Shown: positions 56,464 through 64,000 of the stretch, one piece after another
Numbering within the stretch: the first letter of the stretch is position 1
How the letters are laid out: every line of letters begins with the position of its first letter
From: Minisyncoccia bacterium
GTDB lineage: Bacteria; Patescibacteriota; Minisyncoccia; Phycocordibacterales; UBA9973
Direction: 5' to 3'
Length of the DNA: 64,000 nucleotides
Assembly: GCA_044228545.1 (NCBI GenBank)
Contig: JBGAUR010000001.1
Coordinates: 450 to 64,449 of the forward strand
The notes under the pieces: model-generated
What the model was told of the DNA's origin: nothing
What the model saw: only the letters and a program-made list of their open reading frames with translations
Databases searched by the model: none
Translations under genes and position numbers: made by a program

Positions 56464-57355
56464 AAAACCTAACAATTTAGACAGCGACTTAAAAGTTATC
56501 CATACATATACTTCGGATATGGCTGATGCAGTGCGTCAAAATGAAATGTCGGTTATAAAAATAGCACTGGCAGAAAAAGAAAAAAGGGAGAGTGAGGAGA
56601 TGTACAAAAAATCCGAAGGAAGTAATTCTTCAAAAATCTTTCTAATTTTTGGAGGTATTATTTTAATAGGAATTGCTTTGGGAATAACTTACTTTGTAAC
56701 GAAAAAAAATATTGAGACAAACTCTCCAATCCAAACTACAAAAGAAATTGAAGCACCTATTGTTTATAACGAAAAAGTATTTATAGATACAGCAGGACTT
56801 ACGACTCATAATGATTTATCGGGTGCAATAAAGAAAGAAGTTGAAAATACTAGTAAAGATAATTCAGTAAAAGCTATCTTCTTGAAGAAAGATGTAGGCG
56901 GTAAATCAGAATTAGTAGATGTAAATGGCTTTACTTCTTTAATTGGTGAAACTGCACCCCAAGCTTTAATTAGAAACTTGGGTGAAGAATATTTGATAGG
57001 GACTTACAATATTAAAGATGGTGATATCTCAAAACCTCATTTATTCCTAATATTTAATATAAAGGATTATAACCAAATATATGCTTCAATGCTTGCTTGG
57101 GAAAAAACACTACTTAATGATATGAATTTGATTTTCAATATCGATGTAAATGAAGATAGATCTGAGCTTCTTGAAAAACAATGGTCTGACATAATTATAA
57201 ACAACAAGGATGCTAGAGTATTATATGACAATCTAGGAAAAGAAGTCTTGTACTATATTTTTATAGATAAAAATAGTTTCCTTATTACAGACAGTCAGGA
57301 TATGATAAAGGAAATTGGAGCAAGAATTACATCTAAGAAGACAAAACCATTATAA
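56450..57355 (+). CDS. Hypothetical membrane-anchored protein
   Basis: IHTYTSDMADAV N-terminus, one TM, ASMLAWEKTL. Confidence 0.65.
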   Translation: MEENKKPNNLDSDLKVIHTYTSDMADAVRQNEMSVIKIALAEKEKRESEEMYKKSEGSNSSKIFLIFGGIILIGIALGITYFVTKKNIETNSPIQTTKEIEAPIVYNEKVFIDTAGLTTHNDLSGAIKKEVENTSKDNSVKAIFLKKDVGGKSELVDVNGFTSLIGETAPQALIRNLGEEYLIGTYNIKDGDISKPHLFLIFNIKDYNQIYASMLAWEKTLLNDMNLIFNIDVNEDRSELLEKQWSDIIINNKDARVLYDNLGKEVLYYIFIDKNSFLITDSQDMIKEIGARITSKKTKPL

Positions 57356-57393
57356 GATTGCTAATTATAAACAGTCTTGTTAAGATTAAAAAT

Positions 57394-57753
57394 ATGAAAA
57401 CAGATACATATAAAGCAAAATTGGAAGAAGAAAAGAAACTATTGGAAGAAGAGCTAAGCTCTATGGGTAAGCTCGATAAAGAGACTGGCGACTGGGAAGC
57501 TACACCTCCGTCCCAAAGTGCTCCAGAAGCAGACGAGAGTGATATGGCAGATCGAACAGAAGATTATGAAGAGCGATCAGCTATAACTGAAACTTTGGAT
57601 CAGAGATTTGATGATATTAATAATGCTTTACAAAAGATAGAGAGTGGTAATTATGGAACTTGTGAAGTTTGTGGAAAACCAATTGAAGAAGACAGATTAG
57701 AGGCAAACCCTGCAGCTCGCACATGCAAGGCTTGCATGGAGAAGGTCGTATAA
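57394..57753 (+). CDS. DksA/TraR-family C4 zinc-finger protein
   Basis: Acidic coiled-coil tip DESDMAD; YGTCEVCG..I..DRL.ANP.ARTCKAC. Confidence 0.9.
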   Translation: MKTDTYKAKLEEEKKLLEEELSSMGKLDKETGDWEATPPSQSAPEADESDMADRTEDYEERSAITETLDQRFDDINNALQKIESGNYGTCEVCGKPIEEDRLEANPAARTCKACMEKVV

Positions 57754-57792
57754 GAATTTTAATAAAAGCCCATTTGGGGCTTTTATGTTTTT

Positions 57793-59364
57793 ATGTCATT
57801 TTCTAGAGTTTATTCTGCTCAAACACATTTACTAAAAGGTAAAATCGTCACAGTTGAGGTAGATATTACCAAAAATACTCTACACTCTTTCACATTGGTA
57901 GGTCTTCCAGATAAAGCAGTCGATGAATCAAAGGATAGGATGAGCTCGGCGCTCAAAAACTCTGGATTTACTTCTCCTAAAAATCAAAACCAGAAAATAG
58001 TTATCTCGCTTTCACCGGCAGATCTGAAAAAAGAAGGACCTTACTTTGATCTCGCTATAGCTTTGGCGTATTTATTATCAGCCGGTGAAATAGACTTTGA
58101 CCCAGAGAATAGAATTTTCTTGGGTGAATTATCTCTTAATGGTGAACTTCAACCAATTAAGGGAGCACTGCCTCTTGCAGAAGCTGCAAAGAAACTTGGG
58201 TTCAAAGAAATATTTTTACCAGAACAAAATGCAAAAGAAGCAGCGCTTGTCGAAGGACTAACTATCTATGGAGCAAAAACATTGAGAGAAGTAGTGGATC
58301 ACATTTATAAAATAAAATTGGACAAAAAAGGTAACCCAATCGAAAAAGAAAGATTGAAAATAACTCCAACTCCAAAAACAGAAATAATTTATAATAAAAA
58401 AGAACACGGGATAGATTTTTCAGATATTCGCGGACAAGAAGGGGCAAAGCGGGGGATAGAGATAGCTGCTGCAGGTGGACACAATATTGCTATGTCTGGA
58501 CCTCCAGGCACTGGTAAAACAATGCTTGCTAGAGTTTTCTCTCATATTCTTCCTGATTTAAAAACAGACGAATGTTTAGAAATCACAGGAATACATTCAG
58601 TGGTTGGGCTTTTGGACGACGCCCTTGTTACAGAACCACCTTTTAGGGCACCGCACCATACAGCAAGCTATGTATCAATGATTGGTGGTGGTGCTAATCC
58701 AAAGCCTGGTGAAGTTACACTTTCTCATAGAGGAGTATTATTCCTTGACGAATTCCCAGAATTTGAAAAACGTGTTTTGGAATCTCTTCGCCAACCACTT
58801 GAAGACAATATTGTATCTATATCTCGCGCTCGAGGATCGGCAATATTCCCATCGAATTTCATCTTAGTCGCAGCCATGAATCCATGCCCTTGTGGTAATA
58901 AGGGAAGTAAGCAAAAAGAGTGTATTTGTAAACCGAGTGATTTAGATAGATATTCAAGAAAACTTTCAGGTCCTATAATGGATCGTATAGATATCTGGGT
59001 AACCGTCGGAGCAGTAGACTATGAAAAGTTATCTAGCATAGAACCATCTGGAGAAAAGACGAGTGTAATAAAAGACCGTGTAAAGAGAGCTCGCGACATT
59101 CAAAATAAAAGATTTAAAAATTCCCCAAGAAAAATAAACACAAATAGCGAGATGAATGTTAAAGAGCTCGCGATTTATGCTCCGCTTGATCCTGAAATTA
59201 AAAAATTATTAAACGAGAGTGCTGAGAAACTCCAACTATCTGCAAGAGCATATCATCGAACTATAAAACTCGCTCGTACTATCGCAGATTTAGAAGGGAA
59301 TGAGAATATAAACCAAAATCACATTTTAGAAGCATTACAATATAGACCGAGAACAAATAATTAA
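57793..59364 (+). CDS. comM: ComM/YifB Mg-chelatase-like AAA+ ATPase
   Basis: VGLPD, GELSLNG, GPPGTGKT, PFRAPHH, LFLDE, MNPCPCG. Confidence 0.93.
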   Translation: MSFSRVYSAQTHLLKGKIVTVEVDITKNTLHSFTLVGLPDKAVDESKDRMSSALKNSGFTSPKNQNQKIVISLSPADLKKEGPYFDLAIALAYLLSAGEIDFDPENRIFLGELSLNGELQPIKGALPLAEAAKKLGFKEIFLPEQNAKEAALVEGLTIYGAKTLREVVDHIYKIKLDKKGNPIEKERLKITPTPKTEIIYNKKEHGIDFSDIRGQEGAKRGIEIAAAGGHNIAMSGPPGTGKTMLARVFSHILPDLKTDECLEITGIHSVVGLLDDALVTEPPFRAPHHTASYVSMIGGGANPKPGEVTLSHRGVLFLDEFPEFEKRVLESLRQPLEDNIVSISRARGSAIFPSNFILVAAMNPCPCGNKGSKQKECICKPSDLDRYSRKLSGPIMDRIDIWVTVGAVDYEKLSSIEPSGEKTSVIKDRVKRARDIQNKRFKNSPRKINTNSEMNVKELAIYAPLDPEIKKLLNESAEKLQLSARAYHRTIKLARTIADLEGNENINQNHILEALQYRPRTNN

Positions 59365-60137
59365 TTGTTGGTATCCAATCTTTTTGCTTCAGCCCAAGCA
59401 AGTTCGTAAATTTTTTTCATTGCATCTGCAATCTCACTACTCTCTATTATTATTCCGAGTTTCTCTCTCCATGAAGCAATCATGACTTTGTTGTCATAAA
59501 TATTTATCTCTGGAGAAAAATAAAATTTATCTGCAGGCACTAGTGCGCTTTCTCGCATCTCATCTTTATCTAATGATTTTCTTTCTCTACCGATATCAGT
59601 GTTAGGAATTATCGCTCGTATATGAATACCGTTTCCTGCACGACGTTTGTAGTATTTCGGGAAATAATTTGGAAGACCTTTGTGCATATCATCAACTGTT
59701 GCATAAGCACGGATTGGTTCGTGAGAGGTGAGAGTATCTTCATACACTTCCATGAGGCCTTCCGTACCTTCATAGAAACGAACTCGGGCACGATCTGTCA
59801 TATTGTGGATTGATTTTAATTCCGGAATTAGTTCTTCTGTTTTTTTTAACGCTTCATGTTTATGACGAATATCTTCTGTTATAAATCTTGAAAGATTCTC
59901 TGGTGATTCGGCACTGTACTCTTGTTTAGGTTCTTTGCCTGAGATAATAACAAGACCTTTTGCAGATAGGGAATCGAGAATATCATAACCGGTTGTACGA
60001 TTTATATTTGCACGTCGAGAAATAGCTGAAACCGTCCCTTTACCAAGCTCAAGGAGGGAGATATACACACCTGCTTCTTTATCTGTAAGACCAATTGCTA
60101 CAAGCTTTGTTTTAAGCTCAACTTGCTCTTTTTTCAT
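59361..60137 (-). CDS. TrmB-family transcriptional regulator
   Basis: GLTDKEAGVYISLLELG, INRTTGYDIL, RFYEG, EINIYDNKV. Confidence 0.87.
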   Translation of the reverse strand: MKKEQVELKTKLVAIGLTDKEAGVYISLLELGKGTVSAISRRANINRTTGYDILDSLSAKGLVIISGKEPKQEYSAESPENLSRFITEDIRHKHEALKKTEELIPELKSIHNMTDRARVRFYEGTEGLMEVYEDTLTSHEPIRAYATVDDMHKGLPNYFPKYYKRRAGNGIHIRAIIPNTDIGRERKSLDKDEMRESALVPADKFYFSPEINIYDNKVMIASWREKLGIIIESSEIADAMKKIYELAWAEAKRLDTNN

Positions 60138-60312
60138 GCTTTAAGTATATATTACGGGTGATATTTGTGTCAATATCTTTCCACAATTTTCTTTTTTATA
60201 ATTTATAGTCTTATAAATAAGCTATTTTATATATCTTTTTTGACGATATAACTTGACAGATAGATTGTAATTGGTTATATTCTGTTATGTTATTGGCAAA
60301 CTTAAGAATTTT

Positions 60313-60510
60313 ATGGAAAAAGAAACAATTCCAAAAAAAATTACACGGGTTTGTAAAAAATGTAATAATACTTATATGATAGATTACGAAAATGTACTAT
60401 TCTATAAATCTATCAATAGTGAACTTTTTGAGTATTGCCAAGAATGTAGATTAGTTCCAAAAATTAGAAATACAGAGAAGAAAGACTGGTGCCACAATGA
60501 CCTAAAATAA
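60313..60510 (+). CDS. Stand-alone zinc-ribbon protein similar to the N-terminal domain of the Cys-rich paralogs
   Basis: RVCKKCNNTYMI...FY......YCQECR versus CKTCEKEFGI...FY......YCPDCR. Confidence 0.55.
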   Translation: MEKETIPKKITRVCKKCNNTYMIDYENVLFYKSINSELFEYCQECRLVPKIRNTEKKDWCHNDLK

Positions 60511-60545
60511 GATTACTAAAATTAGGGTTATGGTAATAAATATAT

Positions 60546-62231
60546 ATGACTAAACAAAATTGTAAAACATGTGAAAAAGAATTTGGTATAAGAGATGAAG
60601 ATCTTGTGTTTTATGAGCAGATGAAAAGTCCAACACCACAATACTGCCCTGACTGTCGTATGATGCGACGTCTTGCTTTTCGAAACGAACGAACATTATA
60701 CAAAAGAAAGTGCGATCTTTGTGGAGAGAACGGAGTATCACTTTATACCGAAGGGACTCCATTCCCAGTGTATTGTCATAAATGTTGGTGGAGTGATAAA
60801 TGGGACCCAAGAGATTTAGCAATGAATTACGATCCGTCTCGTCCATTCTTAGAACAGTTTAAAGAATTGCAAAGTAAAATACCGCGCATTGCACTTCTTG
60901 TGATTGACTCAGTTCGATCGGACTACACAAACAACGCAGGTGAGAATAAAGACTGTTACCTAATATTTGCAGCTGAAAATAATGAAGATTGTTCATACGG
61001 TCGTCTAGTTCAGAGGTGTAAAGGTTGTGTTGACTGTGCATTTATATATGATTCCGAACTTTGTTATGAGTGTATAGATTGTAGAGGGTGTTTCAAATGT
61101 ATGTATTCTGAGCAGTGTCAATCCTCTAGCGATCTATTGTTCTGCTACAACATGCGTGATTCCCAAAATTGTATCTTATGTACTAATGGTAGGCACATGT
61201 CTAATGCAATTTTAAACGTTAAGTATAGTAAAGAAGAATTTGAAAAGAAGAAAACTGAAATACTTTCGAGTTATGAAAATATTGAGGAAGCAAAGAGACA
61301 GTACAATGAACTAAAAAACAATAATATAGTAAAAAATGCATGGCAAACAAAGTGCCACAACACAACGGGAGACTATATGTACAACTGCTATGATGGAGTA
61401 AGACTTTTTGACGTATCAGATGCAAAAAATTGTTCCTATATGGCAGATGCTATGGATATAAAAGACTCTATGGATTGCAATAATTTTTATATAAAGTGTG
61501 AATTTGAATACGATATGATGGGAGTACTTGGTGGAGCAAAGAATAAGCATGGTTTCTATGTTATGTGGTGTAATAATACAGAATATTGTGACTCATGTTA
61601 TCACTCAAATGACTTGTTCGGTTGCATAAGATTAAATAAAGAGAGCTATTCAATACTGAATAAAAGATATGATAAGGAAGAATATCTACAGTTACGAGAA
61701 AAAATAATTGAAAGTATGAAAGTCGATGGAACATACGGTCAATTCTTTCCACCATCACTATCACCATTCGGATATAATGAAACCTTGGCGAAAGAATACT
61801 TCCCAATGAATCGAGATGAGGCAATTAAAAAAGGCTTCAAATGGCAGGAACAAAATTCAGGAACATTTGGTAAGGAAACCGTTATAGAAGAAAATATTCC
61901 AAAAACAACAGAAGATATCCAAGATACTATAACAGGAGATATTCTCGCATGTAATGAATGTGGAAAAAACTACAAGCTTACTCAAACAGAGGTGGAATTT
62001 TATCGTAGAATGCATCTACCAGTACCACATAAAGATTTTGAGTGTCGCCACCAAAACAGAATGAAAAAAAGAAATCCGCGAGCACTTTGGCCACGCTCAT
62101 GCATGTGCACAAACGAAAAACATATGAATCACCAGAGTGGAACATGTAAGGAAAACTTTGAGACAAGCTACTCACCAGATCGAAAAGAAATAGTTTATTG
62201 TGAAAGTTGTTATCAACAAGAAGTTGCTTAG
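60546..62231 (+). CDS. Cys-rich zinc-ribbon/repeat protein, paralog 3
   Basis: Same architecture with most Cys ligands intact; VYCHKCWWSDKWDP ... VYCESCYQQEV. Confidence 0.75.
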   Translation: MTKQNCKTCEKEFGIRDEDLVFYEQMKSPTPQYCPDCRMMRRLAFRNERTLYKRKCDLCGENGVSLYTEGTPFPVYCHKCWWSDKWDPRDLAMNYDPSRPFLEQFKELQSKIPRIALLVIDSVRSDYTNNAGENKDCYLIFAAENNEDCSYGRLVQRCKGCVDCAFIYDSELCYECIDCRGCFKCMYSEQCQSSSDLLFCYNMRDSQNCILCTNGRHMSNAILNVKYSKEEFEKKKTEILSSYENIEEAKRQYNELKNNNIVKNAWQTKCHNTTGDYMYNCYDGVRLFDVSDAKNCSYMADAMDIKDSMDCNNFYIKCEFEYDMMGVLGGAKNKHGFYVMWCNNTEYCDSCYHSNDLFGCIRLNKESYSILNKRYDKEEYLQLREKIIESMKVDGTYGQFFPPSLSPFGYNETLAKEYFPMNRDEAIKKGFKWQEQNSGTFGKETVIEENIPKTTEDIQDTITGDILACNECGKNYKLTQTEVEFYRRMHLPVPHKDFECRHQNRMKKRNPRALWPRSCMCTNEKHMNHQSGTCKENFETSYSPDRKEIVYCESCYQQEVA

Positions 62232-62265
62232 CATAAAAAATCCCTCGATTTTAATCGGGGATTTT

Positions 62266-62574
62266 TTATGCTTTCTTAACTACCTTTTTCTTAGTTGTTG
62301 TTTTCTTTTTTGCTTTAGCTATTGGTTTTGGTGAGAAAGGAGCAGTTTCAATGGTAAATGGTTTTGGAGCAGCGATTAATCTTTCTTTTTTCTTCTTTTT
62401 TACAGTTTTCTTTTTAGCTACGACTTTCTTTTTTGTAGCTGTTTTACTTGTAGCTACCTTGGTGGGTGATACTGTGGTTTTTGAAGTAGTTGTAGTTGCT
62501 GCAGACACATCCGCCATAGGATAGCCTATGAATAGAGTAAGAACTATAAGTAATGGGATCAATCTTTTATTCAT
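62266..62574 (-). CDS. Small secreted Lys/Thr-rich protein
   Basis: Signal peptide ending VSA; low-complexity basic tail; overlaps the M23 gene end. Confidence 0.6.
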   Translation of the reverse strand: MNKRLIPLLIVLTLFIGYPMADVSAATTTTSKTTVSPTKVATSKTATKKKVVAKKKTVKKKKKERLIAAPKPFTIETAPFSPKPIAKAKKKTTTKKKVVKKA

Positions 62575-63679
62575 GGTCTACAAAATCTCTACTGTTAACT
62601 TTTAAGCCCTTATAAGGGTTACCAAGACCTGAACCACTTTCGAAGTGGAACCCTAAGTGGAGGTGTGGCCCTGTAGATTTACCAGTTGAACCAACATATC
62701 CTATTATATCGCCTTTTTTAACATCTTGACCAGCTACTGCAATGACCTCACTCATGTGACCAAATATTGCTTGGCGTCCATCAATAAAGTTTATGACCAC
62801 ATATCGGCCATACCCACCATTATAACCTGTTGGCTTAGCAATTAAAACATTACCCCCTTGAACAGCATATATAGGTGTACCTATTGGAGCAGCAAAATCA
62901 TAGGCTTGGTCAGCATGTAATCCTTGCGAAACTCGGCCTATACCCTTAGGGAACGGCCAGATATAGCCACTATCTATATTACCTTCTGGTTGGCCTGTTG
63001 GACCTTGAGGTTCAGGTTGTTGTGGTGGTTGCTCTACTTGTGGTGTCTCCACAACAGGAACGCTTACAACTGGAGCTTGGATTGCAGGAGTAGGAGCTGG
63101 TGGCTCTTCTTTTACTTCTTGTTTTACTTCTACTTCAACCTTTTTGACCTCTTTTGTATCAGTATTTTTAGCTATAGTTTTATCGTTTTTAGAAATGTCT
63201 TCTTTAGTATCGGGTTTGATACCGAAGATAACTAGATTCTGACCAATCTTTATAAGATCAGACTTCTTAAGATCAGTGTTAGATGCAATGATTGTACTTT
63301 TACTGATTTTTAGCTTTTTAGCAATACTATCTAAAGTATCACCCTTTTTAACTATATATGTAGTAATTTTGACTTCGGGATCATACTGTTCAAGACCTGA
63401 GTCAACATCCAGGTTTCCATTGTTAGATAGAGCTGTGCTGTTTGGCAAAGAAGTAATAACAGGTTCGTCTTTAATACTCTTTAAGTCTGGGTTGATAGAA
63501 GATTCAAGCAATGGAACATTCTGAGAGTTGTGAATCACATCTCCAGATTCTTCTAATTCAGAAGCTTGGGTCTTATTACCGACTATCTTGTCTACTAAGT
63601 CTGAGAAAAAACCAGCCGAAGCGAGGCTTGGCTGGTAAAACAGAAATATAAATATAAAAACAGAAATATAAGCTTTCAT
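62567..63679 (-). CDS. LysM + M23 peptidase (peptidoglycan hydrolase)
   Basis: YIVKKGDTLDSIA LysM; H..AYD, GYG, GHM, G.STGPHLH; likely start MKAYI at 63679. Confidence 0.9.
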   Translation of the reverse strand: MKAYISVFIFIFLFYQPSLASAGFFSDLVDKIVGNKTQASELEESGDVIHNSQNVPLLESSINPDLKSIKDEPVITSLPNSTALSNNGNLDVDSGLEQYDPEVKITTYIVKKGDTLDSIAKKLKISKSTIIASNTDLKKSDLIKIGQNLVIFGIKPDTKEDISKNDKTIAKNTDTKEVKKVEVEVKQEVKEEPPAPTPAIQAPVVSVPVVETPQVEQPPQQPEPQGPTGQPEGNIDSGYIWPFPKGIGRVSQGLHADQAYDFAAPIGTPIYAVQGGNVLIAKPTGYNGGYGRYVVINFIDGRQAIFGHMSEVIAVAGQDVKKGDIIGYVGSTGKSTGPHLHLGFHFESGSGLGNPYKGLKVNSRDFVDHE

Positions 63680-64000
63680 AGTAGAAGGCTTGCAAAATAA
63701 GGTTATTTTCATCTTTTGGTGATTTTGCCAAGCAAAACTACCATTAGAATCTTGATTTTTGAGTTTAATAAGCCTAAATAAATTAACCACATTGAGATCA
63801 CCCTATCTAGGAACTACAGTACGACCACAAATGTGAGGGCTGTAATTTTCTAAATGATATCAACGTGATTGTTACAATCTTTTCGGTAATGCTTACAAAA
63901 TAAAGCTTTTCTTCTATATCTGGAGGTAGAGGAGCCCGGAAGCAACCCTACTCATTAAAGGGTAGCCCATAAGAGCTAGTTAGTCAACAAAGTAATGCAC

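Noticed and set aside
185-63524. Many 60-145 aa ORFs antisense to or overlapping identified genes and tRNAs (e.g. 185, 1116, 12655, 29784, 36273, 41995, 44805)
   Set aside because: Shadow frames of well-supported genes with no motifs of their own
1-64000. CRISPR array, DGR/retron, rRNA, transposase
   Set aside because: No regularly spaced repeats, reverse transcriptase motifs, rRNA-like or transposase sequence seen by eye
1-64000. Alternative genetic code (UGA=Gly, code 25)
   Set aside because: Conserved genes translate full-length in the provided standard-code track with no internal TGA breaks

Overview
AT-rich chromosomal segment of a Candidate Phyla Radiation bacterium (Patescibacteria, Parcubacteria-like). 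The call is inferred from L30 missing from the spc cluster, an archaeal-type PyrH, a TraD/VirB4-like ATPase, TrmB regulators, Cys-rich paralogs and no Shine-Dalgarno motifs; code 11 gives intact ORFs. The left half (minus strand) holds tuf plus the S10/spc ribosomal cluster, broken by several insertions, followed by adk-pyrH-map and an HD/3xCYTH/ndk nucleotide cluster. The right half holds nusA, ppa, tig, clpP, rny, hup, 4 tRNAs, cca, xth, xerC/D-like, rpsO, murQ, pnp, dksA-like, comM and a LysM-M23 peptidase. Six parS-like sites and several DnaA boxes suggest an origin-proximal region. The most notable unannotated signals are RNA-level: (1) a promoter + bistable riboswitch-like leader + 54-aa ORF + terminator cassette, antisense inside the spc operon (15.7-16.25 kb); (2) a Pro-codon leader-peptide attenuator upstream of a ProC-like gene; (3) a 6S-RNA-like gene; (4) structured leaders before rpsN, tuf, nusA, rny and pnp. 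Also notable are solitary Bacteroidota-style genes (lipoproteins, a beta-barrel-like protein, a desaturase, MurQ), three divergent Cys-rich zinc-ribbon/solenoid paralogs linked to TrmB, and a secreted Hint-domain protein. No CRISPR array, rRNA, transposase or reverse transcriptase was seen. All calls come from reading the sequence by eye; no searches or folding programs were run.
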